Assembly (NCBI GenBank): GCA_964622685.1
Contig: CAZUUU010000002.1
Location: 1,034-65,033, forward strand
Length of the DNA stretch: 64,000 bases
Origin: an uncultured Methylibium sp.
Lineage (GTDB): Bacteria; Pseudomonadota; Gammaproteobacteria; Burkholderiales; Burkholderiaceae_C
Reading direction: 5' to 3'
Shown: piece after piece, positions 55,701 to 62,139 of the stretch
Numbering within the stretch: position 1 is the first letter of the stretch
Layout of the letters: the number at the start of each line of letters is the position of its first letter
Notes under the pieces: generated by a model
Seen by the model: the letters and a program-made list of their open reading frames with translations, nothing else
Databases searched by the model: none
What the model was told of the DNA's origin: nothing
Program-made: the position numbers and the translations under genes

Positions 55701-57526
55701 TTGGTCAGGTTCGGACGCTGCGCGAACTCCGCGCGAAACGCACGGTAGAACGGATCAATGCGGTCCTTGAGACCTTCCACCAGGCGCCAGTGCGCCGCGT
55801 TGTCAGGTTCGAAACGGACTGCCTCATCCTTTCGATTCGGATCTTCGCGCAGCAACTCGGCCGCTACCGCGCGATCCAGGTCAAGCACCACGTTGGGCAG
55901 GAAGACGACTTCTTGCCGTCCCGCCTTGCCGCTTGCATCAAGCGCCCTGAAGTAGGCGCGCTCGGCGACATGCTGAGGTGGCAGTTCCACAGTCATGACG
56001 GCCGATCGGGAGGCGGCCCCTGCCGAAGCAAGCGCAACCGCTGGCGCAGATCGCACGATCACCGGTACGCCTGAATCGACCAGCAGAGTGAGGCCGTGGA
56101 ATCTGAAGCGCAGGTGCATGAGATCGAGTGCGCGTGCAGCTTCAACCTCAGCGCGGTTCAGGCCAAGGCGCAAAGACGCCCTGCTCCCGAACACGACTTC
56201 ACTTTCCAGCGACGGACACTCCGGAGGCGGAACGCCATGAAGGCGCACAAGGGCCGGTTCGCCCTCCTCGCCGGGGAATCGAAGCGCATCGAAATCGCTG
56301 CCCGCCAACTTGACCGATGCCTGATGGAGACGCACCGCCCCACCAAAGCGCTGCAAGACGCCTTGCTTCGCTTCCACTATCAACACGCCGCAAGGCTCGC
56401 AAGTCGCCTTGCAGCCGCCCGAGATCACAAGCTGGGCTTTGCGACTGCGACAGCGTTGAGGTTGCGGCGGCAATGGGTGCGAAAGCGAGGCACGGATTTC
56501 AGTCGCGGTCTGATGGAACGTGAGCGTCGATGCAGGGCTGCGTATGGGCCCCTCATCCTCTCGACCTTCCCGTATGCCCAACAGCGCCTCTCCGCGAACC
56601 TCAAGCGAAAGTGGCGCCTCGCGGCGATCAGGAGACGTCCATGTCAGTTCCAAGCGCGAGGCGTGCTGCACCCAGATCCGTGCGTCCTTGCGCGTCCAGA
56701 CGGTCTGGGCCTGAGCGCCGGGCAGTGGCAACCCCTCCGCGCTTGCAACGGTCGCCTGCAGCGGCTGCGCCTCGACCGTGCGCGTTGCTGGAGTAGCAGG
56801 CGAGTCTGGAGTCGCTTGGGCTTGTTGAAGGCGTCGAAACCTCACTTCGCGCACTTCTGCCCGCGGGCCTAGCAGCGTCGTCATGGGCTTGCCGACCGCG
56901 GCACCACTCCAGATCAACGGCCTACCGATGCCGAGTGCCATCGGGCTCCGACATTGCATCGTCGCGCCGAGTACGGACTTGAGGGCTTCACAAGCGGCGG
57001 CGCTCGAGAGGTTAGTACGAAGCTGTTCGGTATCAGCGAGCCACTTCGCGAGCCTGACCGCATTGAACCGCGTGGTGCCTGCGACAGGCCACCGTTGACT
57101 GCGCAGGGCAATCGTCCACCCTTCTGTCGCAGCGGCAAACTCGAACTCCAACTGAAAGCGCGCACCATCGCGCCACTGGGCGTCTTTCACTCTGACGTAG
57201 CGCTGGCCTGCATCCTTGTCGTCGATGTGCAGCTTCGCCGCTTCGCCGAACGCTTTGCGCGGTATCCGCCACGCCTCTCCGCGATACCGAACTTCGACAT
57301 CGAGTAGCGCGTCAGCGGGATGCTGGATGACAAGTTCCTCGTCGGCAGGACTTGCCTGGCTTCGAGCCGGCGCACCTGAAACGACCGCCGCTGCGCCCGC
57401 GGCCGCCCCGATGAACTCACGTCGCCGCAAGTTGCAAGCAGGTACGTCGATAGCCCTCTCCGAAGGCAGCTCTGAGATGAAGCTTTCGCTCTCGTTCAGA
57501 TCGGGACGACCGGGATTACCTTGCAC
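49733..57526 (-). CDS. Giant uncharacterised protein A (about 2597 aa) with twin-arginine signal
   Basis: Uninterrupted 7.8-kb ORF; GTG 57526 with GGAG RBS overlapping the upstream gene end; LRRREFIGAAAGAAAVVSGAPARS; beta-rich N-terminal half, long helical middle, Gly/aromatic beta-rich C-terminus. Confidence 0.8.
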   Translation of the reverse strand: MQGNPGRPDLNESESFISELPSERAIDVPACNLRRREFIGAAAGAAAVVSGAPARSQASPADEELVIQHPADALLDVEVRYRGEAWRIPRKAFGEAAKLHIDDKDAGQRYVRVKDAQWRDGARFQLEFEFAAATEGWTIALRSQRWPVAGTTRFNAVRLAKWLADTEQLRTNLSSAAACEALKSVLGATMQCRSPMALGIGRPLIWSGAAVGKPMTTLLGPRAEVREVRFRRLQQAQATPDSPATPATRTVEAQPLQATVASAEGLPLPGAQAQTVWTRKDARIWVQHASRLELTWTSPDRREAPLSLEVRGEALLGIREGREDEGPIRSPASTLTFHQTATEIRASLSHPLPPQPQRCRSRKAQLVISGGCKATCEPCGVLIVEAKQGVLQRFGGAVRLHQASVKLAGSDFDALRFPGEEGEPALVRLHGVPPPECPSLESEVVFGSRASLRLGLNRAEVEAARALDLMHLRFRFHGLTLLVDSGVPVIVRSAPAVALASAGAASRSAVMTVELPPQHVAERAYFRALDASGKAGRQEVVFLPNVVLDLDRAVAAELLREDPNRKDEAVRFEPDNAAHWRLVEGLKDRIDPFYRAFRAEFAQRPNLTKFGWDIGNGSKEYIGGRDLLDRFSESELADYHREARELLRALQQKMDTSGDPEALEEVAGARLSGPSRVSFRVPDSAEAGQTVFDYTLRDLTDWSDLDLNVQRRAEAVTARQLAQHPDWKNKVQAQKTSDLAAALHYQFQDLTTTTAAGRLVDIVGTLKAPKPHETAIELPFRLHLSPAQTARWRVSNAPAPREDGSAGVPLWQMTLHEPTGHSTVRAIWSDDFQATAYLPSSDAKRGKVPRRGAQAPWLRHSSDPSLANRPFRTSMDAYDRHEIVGLSSIHGLPVLPRVLPSGQLDSHQLEPPEEFRLTDADIGADRQAIYLPRALNVHELSLSCLGGSLNLDTSFEPPAALRIGRKEPMFDAFSLERWRHRAVLGRDIEVEVVYKGFLFPLGVRCSLVKLTERRFLGNPVGGHPTAYLVQRMFLRIGRPDKTFPALGQPDGGRRWPAEHLRVLTRRTPDILDATSPSSIPSEAQLSARAHTDRTGRLRLRQQDRGLMFWPRASDGQDIRFEVQIDDSAGSVLFPLIFADNTAVKDEKTLEALAAYYNQLGTERPTNSREDGKATDRSRQQSLLLRTVNHGGARRRYAPESASGQNTHTTHRWKLSVEGRSLQNPAAGQAGGNAYFVTDPVLEGADQPPFYPVLEEAELSLSQVERFSGASVSPVRARYASGYVASGFDPGANRTSVYLDLIDHVPMCFSGQGATNGRLYAPNGHRSGGVAQPESVQNAVSADNGPVSVTYEANQVPRFDPKDFFSSNAKILGFVDLRTVLEDFVAPKLEEQVEYSVAGSLRQVACGDLLSAVRQAVEQLVREVDRANDRIKSHGQTVQSGAVLLQLYPDVGQAAMACRAAVGEATAACAPGGDEKLPRALSGVYETGRRLTAALSRASRDPLAPVREELRKVIRQHQLNLTGDVGLQLEKALPGEAGKLVLAQVAELLSHERFENWRRLVFAYPLPPQNIGLDDIAAAIDGWMAQEFAALRKEGGPGRFEDLSRQATQKVRDRVLARIKQASELHPKAADALEAYRARVQADWIGPLLPHALKAVGQLHDATSGLMSLLQGRAAWAVADVHAALEGIRGQQRACEDALQTLLEAALPGDVNVVPKELCEEGATLLQNALLAMCFDSSDPVLNACRADGVDSRIEVRKALKGDVVRTRLEQVKEESAKAWIARLEAQLTAIVNQLSTIWQRLCREADEVTQVRKAFTSDDPWAKSACKPVAREALSLLPRLETARRSVLTSAREALDGLSKGTGALVAVLSSAPASEDLPAALVEDVWRECARALGRTMLTVLPWIGQASLIGGGAGEAAGLWHWGEDKSRRAELDRLLKGLQRLAGRYPGSSLGQAATKVLEELRASDRGISAIASQYKSALQALTSSASSRMIPAQLTQQIIDSAAKVEMLAASTSTIEQSVQHLLARTLMAQADAAERLVRFGWQMVAPVLKGAEVIDAALLAAWENLKAHIPKGKELGPLEAFLAKLLGRPFVEGSPLHRAAEALEKEKQQLQSINSLAAPVSLQDFADRLSRARKILVQLREDAAAVRLVRGVETLTHTVLSGDLANLVDLDAPRRMLEDQLKQLVPTRISTRYEFGADIAKSVAGGLFQVEEARSATGKAEQKHLYLEAETAISLSAPVPKVKMRGRMAPFRLRLLPKFHVADLHFSPTTFRSDNGSAPTFDMKVKSVDLGENVQFLKALQSFLSPQGDDGFYLQMLPGMTGIEAGYSVNLGIISFGTLSFINVSLGVGCLLRFDDGKPLFTASLARRDSPFLISVAPYGGGGYVGLQSDGNKVTAFDLSFEYGGVGAFKFGPLQGQGRITTGLFIRSAADEFHMEGLFYCGGSAQVACFGIAASLAVRMAQGEGGAMKGQATFSYSFSVGLAKVRFKVNVGRQVDKPKSKEEPKPTEGQVTSLHFDAQPTVRTADARGAPASLKTVAYKQGTIDGADRLHGSLACAPGDQYGAVLSSSAVCQASNWRQYREYFDTSLTQEV

Positions 57527-58370
57527 GCACCACGCTCCGTTCAAGCCAGAACACCCGCACGCGATCTCCATATCGATGCCAGTCAAATGCGCTTGATGGC
57601 ATCCACATCAGACGAACAACGTAGTCAGAGTCAAACAGCGTCGGGTCAGCCGCATCCGGCGTGCATTCGACGTCTCGTCCGTTCGCAGCCTCACCGCCTG
57701 AGCGGATGTCGCGTGCGAATCGCGTCTTTGCACGCAGCACGAGCAATTGCGGATTGCCACCCGCTCTCGTCGAGAAGACCGGGATGAGATGGCCGAATGA
57801 GTAGGAGGCACCTTCTGCGCGTCGCGCCGAGAGCAGAACTGGCGTCGCTACGTTGACACCTAGTGGCTGAATGCGATCATCGATGGAACGGGATGACGCC
57901 AAGCGGGCCACCAGCGTTTTCCAAAGATCATTCGGGTGGACATCGACCGAGCGCAGCGCGTATGCGCCTCTCGTATAGGAAGCGATGGCCGCAGCGAGAT
58001 CGCCATGACTGATGGCGCGAGCGTCAGGTGCGCTGAGACTGCCGATTGCACGCGCGTACCGCGCTTGTTGGGCGGCCTGCTCCAAGCCAGCTTGAGCCTG
58101 CAGAATCTGCTCTGACTGCCCCAGTGGAAACGCCGGATCGCGTTGCCATGCAAGCGCAACCGCTAGCGCATAGCGCTGGCACGCGTTACCCAGCACTGCG
58201 CCAGCCGTGGAAGGGCTATTGATGGAGAAGTAGTGGGCCTGTGCCCCCGTGCACGAAAGGATTCCAAAGAGAACCAGTGCACAAGCAGATTGGTTGCTCG
58301 TTCCAGGCGTCGACTCGAGTTGCTCAGGCTGGCCTTCGGGCCTCGCCTGCCTGACGTGGGCAGCGGCCAT
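57516..58370 (-). CDS. Secreted papain-like peptidase candidate, paralog 1 (possibly degenerate)
   Basis: GGAGGAGG RBS before ATG 58370; hydrophobic stretch ending AQA-H; ACQRYALAVALAW, GHLIPVF, LLVLRA align with paralog 2. Confidence 0.62.
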   Translation of the reverse strand: MAAAHVRQARPEGQPEQLESTPGTSNQSACALVLFGILSCTGAQAHYFSINSPSTAGAVLGNACQRYALAVALAWQRDPAFPLGQSEQILQAQAGLEQAAQQARYARAIGSLSAPDARAISHGDLAAAIASYTRGAYALRSVDVHPNDLWKTLVARLASSRSIDDRIQPLGVNVATPVLLSARRAEGASYSFGHLIPVFSTRAGGNPQLLVLRAKTRFARDIRSGGEAANGRDVECTPDAADPTLFDSDYVVRLMWMPSSAFDWHRYGDRVRVFWLERSVVRAR

Positions 58371-58972
58371 TCCCTCCTCCCCATTTCTTTGTGCCGAAAC
58401 ATAGCTGGTCAGCGCTCGTTTGACAACATCAGCAGGCGACAAAGCGTACCGCACGGCACTTGCTAGATGCCACGTGCGACTTTGGGCCGAAGCCCTCGCG
58501 CGGTTCCGCGAGCCAACAACTATTCGCCGCCGCTAGGGCCGTGTCGCGGGACCTGGAGATACCACTCACTAAGTCCAGTAGTTGTCCAGATCGGAGAAGG
58601 CTCGTTCGTGCTGATCCACCGCAACGAGCGCCGAAGGAGCTTCCGAAGTCCGATGGCCTCGAGCGACGGCTTTCGGGCGATGAATCCTCCCTCCCGAACG
58701 CGGTGCGGGTCGAAAGGGTGAGTTCGCTGGCTGCGGCTGCAGTCGTTCAGCCCGCGGCGTCGAAGGTACCCCCGATTGCGATGCCGTCAGCCCCTGGGAA
58801 CAGGTGGCCATCAGTACGACGATCAGCCAGCGTCAAGTTTCAGACGGCAACCCCTGGATGGTAGCTATGGGCCGACTCCGACATTCAGCCGCTCAATCCG
58901 AACGGCTGTAGACAGTCTGAAGTCGCCGCTGGTTGTCCGTCGGCGACGTGTGAATCGCCCCGGTGCACCAAA

Positions 58973-60160
58973 CTATCCCCCCCGGTAAACAATCGGCCGA
59001 ACGCGCCAGCATCGGCGAACCGTCTCGGCAACCGCGCCCAACTCGAGTCCGAGGTCGGATAGCCACCTTCTGTACCAGCGTCGAGCGCGATGCAAGGTGC
59101 CGAGGGTGTCGTCGGTGCAGCTTGCGTCGATGACTTGAAGCGCAGCTACGAGGCCGTCGTGGATCACATTCTCCGGCTCATCGGACAAGTAGAGCTGCTC
59201 GAACGCTCGCCAGAAAATCAGTTCGGGACCGACGCGCGGACCATGGGTCTGGTAGCGATCGGTCCATGCCAGCGCGTGCATCGCGAAAGCTGCACTTGCC
59301 AGATCCAGCGCCCAAGCCTGAAACCTGTCGGCCACCAAGAACTCGCTATCTGTTGACAGCCCGAAGAGCAGGCGATGCACGAACCCCTCGGGCTCATCAC
59401 CGGAAATCCCAGCAGCATCCCAATATGGGTACGGCACAGCCCGGCGATGAGCTGCGAACATGTTGGGCTTGAGTTGCTCATAGCGGTTCAGAATTTGCGC
59501 TCGCTCGTCAGCGTCGGCCCGAGTCCATTTCAGCTCTAGGTATGGAGTGAGCTCGCGATAGATCGTGCCGCCTCTTGGCGACCAGCGTTTATGTAGCAAT
59601 TGCATCACGCGCTTCGCGGATAGGGCCTTGACCTTCTCCCAGCTGACGTCGCCGTTGCCCTCTGACATAGAAACTGCCTCGATGGCGTCGAAGTGCAAAT
59701 GAACGGTGGACTCGGGCGTGTACTCAAGCGCACGCTGAGCCAAGGCGATCTCAGGCAGCTTCGCTTCTGTGGGCTCAAGGAGCCTTGAAGCCAGTCCGCC
59801 CTCGAGTAGCGCAACGAAGAAGCGGCTTGTCGGTGCTGCCTTTGGAAAATGACTTCTTCGCGGGTCCTGGACGACGTCGAGATATCGATCAAGCACCATG
59901 ATACCATCGCTTCGGGCTCGACGCGGGCGTGGCTCGCCGAACCATCCTTTCCAGGTGCGGGCGTCAAGGGTTCCGTCCAGTCCTACGACGGCCATGGCCT
60001 GCATCACCTCCTTCGTCTGATGCGTGCCTGGAACATGTGCCTCTTCAAGGACGCCGAGCTTGAAGAGGTTGATCGTCGCGGGCTGGCGCAGCCGTCGCAA
60101 CGGAATCTCAAAGTCGTCGCTGTCGATCGCCTCTGTGGGCTTGATGGCTTTCGATCCCAT
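58973..60160 (-). CDS. Hypothetical protein (395 aa), divergent from the XRE regulator
   Basis: Long clean ORF, Trp-rich and helical; possible N-terminal HTH-like segment (TLDARTWKGWF). Confidence 0.7.
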   Translation of the reverse strand: MGSKAIKPTEAIDSDDFEIPLRRLRQPATINLFKLGVLEEAHVPGTHQTKEVMQAMAVVGLDGTLDARTWKGWFGEPRPRRARSDGIMVLDRYLDVVQDPRRSHFPKAAPTSRFFVALLEGGLASRLLEPTEAKLPEIALAQRALEYTPESTVHLHFDAIEAVSMSEGNGDVSWEKVKALSAKRVMQLLHKRWSPRGGTIYRELTPYLELKWTRADADERAQILNRYEQLKPNMFAAHRRAVPYPYWDAAGISGDEPEGFVHRLLFGLSTDSEFLVADRFQAWALDLASAAFAMHALAWTDRYQTHGPRVGPELIFWRAFEQLYLSDEPENVIHDGLVAALQVIDASCTDDTLGTLHRARRWYRRWLSDLGLELGAVAETVRRCWRVRPIVYRGG

Positions 60161-60240
60161 GGTTCCGCGTGCAAATCACTGGGGGGAGTTTCCCCCGGAA
60201 TTGCCTCGCTGCGTAGCGAAGCCTTCGGTAGCTTCGCAGG

Positions 60241-60678
60241 ATGTCAGATCGACGCGCGCAGCGACACCTCCCTCACGACCCAACACTCGGTCAGCGCACA
60301 GCATCTAGCTCGGACGGCTCGCCTTGGTCCTTCGGAGAAGCTGTGTTCACACATCGGACTCAGCTCGGGATTTCGCAGGCGGCCGTAGCGGGCGCTGCAA
60401 AGGTAGCCGCCGGCTACTTCTCCGAGATCGAAAACGGCAGGCGCGTAGCGCCGCCACGTGCGACCGCAGTGCGGATCGCCACGGCGCTCCAACTCCGCCC
60501 AGAGCACGTACAGCAGCTAGTCGCCTTGGCAGAGGCTGAGCGCGCTGCCTCGACCCACGACGCGCACCTGGCGCCGGGCGTCCGGCAACTTTTGGCCGAG
60601 ATTCGTTCAGCGGCCCCTCAACTGCCTAGAGAGGCGGTTGAGCACCTCCGGGCCCGTCTTCGGGAGGTATCCATGTGA
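60241..60678 (+). CDS. XRE-family HTH transcriptional regulator
   Basis: FGEAVFTHRTQLGISQAAVAGAAKVAAGYFSEIENGRRVAPP...IATALQL. Confidence 0.82.
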   Translation: MSDRRAQRHLPHDPTLGQRTASSSDGSPWSFGEAVFTHRTQLGISQAAVAGAAKVAAGYFSEIENGRRVAPPRATAVRIATALQLRPEHVQQLVALAEAERAASTHDAHLAPGVRQLLAEIRSAAPQLPREAVEHLRARLREVSM

Positions 60679-61055
60679 GATCCAGAAGACAGACCCTCTC
60701 TCAAGGGCCTGTCCCCCGGAAGCCGAGGAGCTACCTCAGCCGTCGCAAGCACAGCGTAGCACCTCATCGCCGCGGGTCAAGACGGCCTTCACTTGTCAGC
60801 GAAGACGGGCGATCGCTATGCCTCCCGCGCCCGGCGATTCGGTCGAGACCAATCGCCCCGCTCGCTTGCCTCCAGCACTGCGCCGCAAGAAATCCATCGA
60901 GCGGGGACGCGCGCCGACAGAAGTTGGCGCTGCTTCGGTTCACGTCGCTGCTTGGCAGGCCCTCGCTTGAACAGATCTCGGCGGACGACGTGACTTCCCA
61001 CCCGCTTTCACCAACTTCACCAATGAGGAAGGAGGTCGGCATGAACACGTCGTAG
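60675..61055 (+). CDS. Arg-rich hypothetical ORF coupled to the XRE gene
   Basis: GTGA overlap with the XRE stop and GGAGG RBS at about 60663; no recognisable domain. Confidence 0.4.
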   Translation: MRSRRQTLSQGPVPRKPRSYLSRRKHSVAPHRRGSRRPSLVSEDGRSLCLPRPAIRSRPIAPLACLQHCAARNPSSGDARRQKLALLRFTSLLGRPSLEQISADDVTSHPLSPTSPMRKEVGMNTS

Positions 61056-61066
61056 GCCCAAAGAAC

Positions 61067-61099
61067 AGCGGCGTCACAAGTACCAGTTGTGACGCCGCT
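61067..61099. terminator. 13-bp perfect-stem hairpin between the XRE operon and tnsA
   Basis: AGCGGCGTCACAA-GTACCAG-TTGTGACGCCGCT; only a short T tail. Confidence 0.55.
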
Positions 61100-61242
61100 T
61101 CCGCCGGGGGGATTGCCCAGGACTTTTTGCTATCGACGCTCAGTCTACGGACCCGAACGGGCGCCGTCAATTCCCCTTTCGCCTTGAACTTTTCAAAGCG
61201 CTGTCGCCGTGCGTTCGTGGCCACGACAGCGAGGGGAACTGC

Positions 61243-62139
61243 ATGCGAACAACCAAACTGTTCACGCCCGACTTGCTCGACCGATTCCGCAAAGAGGGTC
61301 GCGGACACGGAACCTACATCCGATATCGCCCGTGGCATGGCGTTAGCCGCGGCGATCCGGCCAGTCTCGGCCGTTCCCACCTGATGACGTGGGGTGGTCG
61401 CCAGCGGAACCTGCTGAGTGACGACGAGTGGGTGGCCAGCCTGTTCACGCCCTTGACACCTGGCTCGGACGATCTCAGAGAGCAATTCCCGTTGAGCCTG
61501 GAGTCGGCGTGTCATGAGTTGGGCGCGTATGACGTCCGACTGGGCAAATCAGGCTTCCCCGGCACGATCGAGATAGCACGCCAACTTGGCTATCGGCATC
61601 CCCGCGTGAACGGCAATGGGCGCTCTGCCCCATGGGTCTTCACCACGGACCTGCTGTTCACGCTGATGGACGAGACCGGCACACGCAAGTTGCTGGCTGT
61701 GGCATGCAAGCCAACAGCCAAGCAGGAGGAGTCGAAAAAGAAGCTTCTAGCCATCGAGCGCGCGTACTGGTTAGCACGAGATGTCGAGTGGCTGTTCATC
61801 ACTCCAGACCAGTACGACGAAGCGATCGAGCTCACCCTTCGGACCTCGTTCCAATGGTGGCAGGGAGAACCGATCGCGGAAGACGCAAAGCGCGCTGCAA
61901 CCGCCTTGGCTCGTCAGCTTTCGGGCTTTCCCTTGACTTACGTACTTGACCGTATCGACGAGCGTTTAGGACAAGGTCTCGAGTACGCGCAAGTCGCGTT
62001 TTGGCAGTCGGTCTGGACTCGCGAACTGCCGTTGGATTTGCGTCGTGGCTGGAGGCCACACCTGCCCATTGAGTTTGTCTCTCCCTCGGATTTCCTTGCC
62101 TTCAACCCGATCGCATCGAGGAGGACAGCATGGAATTGA
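61243..62139 (+). CDS. tnsA: Tn7-like TnsA endonuclease
   Basis: EGRGHGTYIRYRPW, NLLSDDE, DLREQFPL, YRHP, VFTTDLLFT, LAVACK, KLLAIERAYW match conserved TnsA blocks. Confidence 0.9.
   Translation: MRTTKLFTPDLLDRFRKEGRGHGTYIRYRPWHGVSRGDPASLGRSHLMTWGGRQRNLLSDDEWVASLFTPLTPGSDDLREQFPLSLESACHELGAYDVRLGKSGFPGTIEIARQLGYRHPRVNGNGRSAPWVFTTDLLFTLMDETGTRKLLAVACKPTAKQEESKKKLLAIERAYWLARDVEWLFITPDQYDEAIELTLRTSFQWWQGEPIAEDAKRAATALARQLSGFPLTYVLDRIDERLGQGLEYAQVAFWQSVWTRELPLDLRRGWRPHLPIEFVSPSDFLAFNPIASRRTAWN

Noticed and set aside
44250-57526. Giant genes as NRPS/PKS, RHS/YD, RTX, haemagglutinin or Tc toxin
   Set aside because: No adenylation or ketosynthase motifs, YD repeats, GGxGxD repeats or TPS domain could be seen.
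58460-58972. Short ORFs between the cargo operon and the 395-aa gene
   Set aside because: Several overlapping frames with no RBS, motif or codon-bias support; treated as promoter or degraded DNA.
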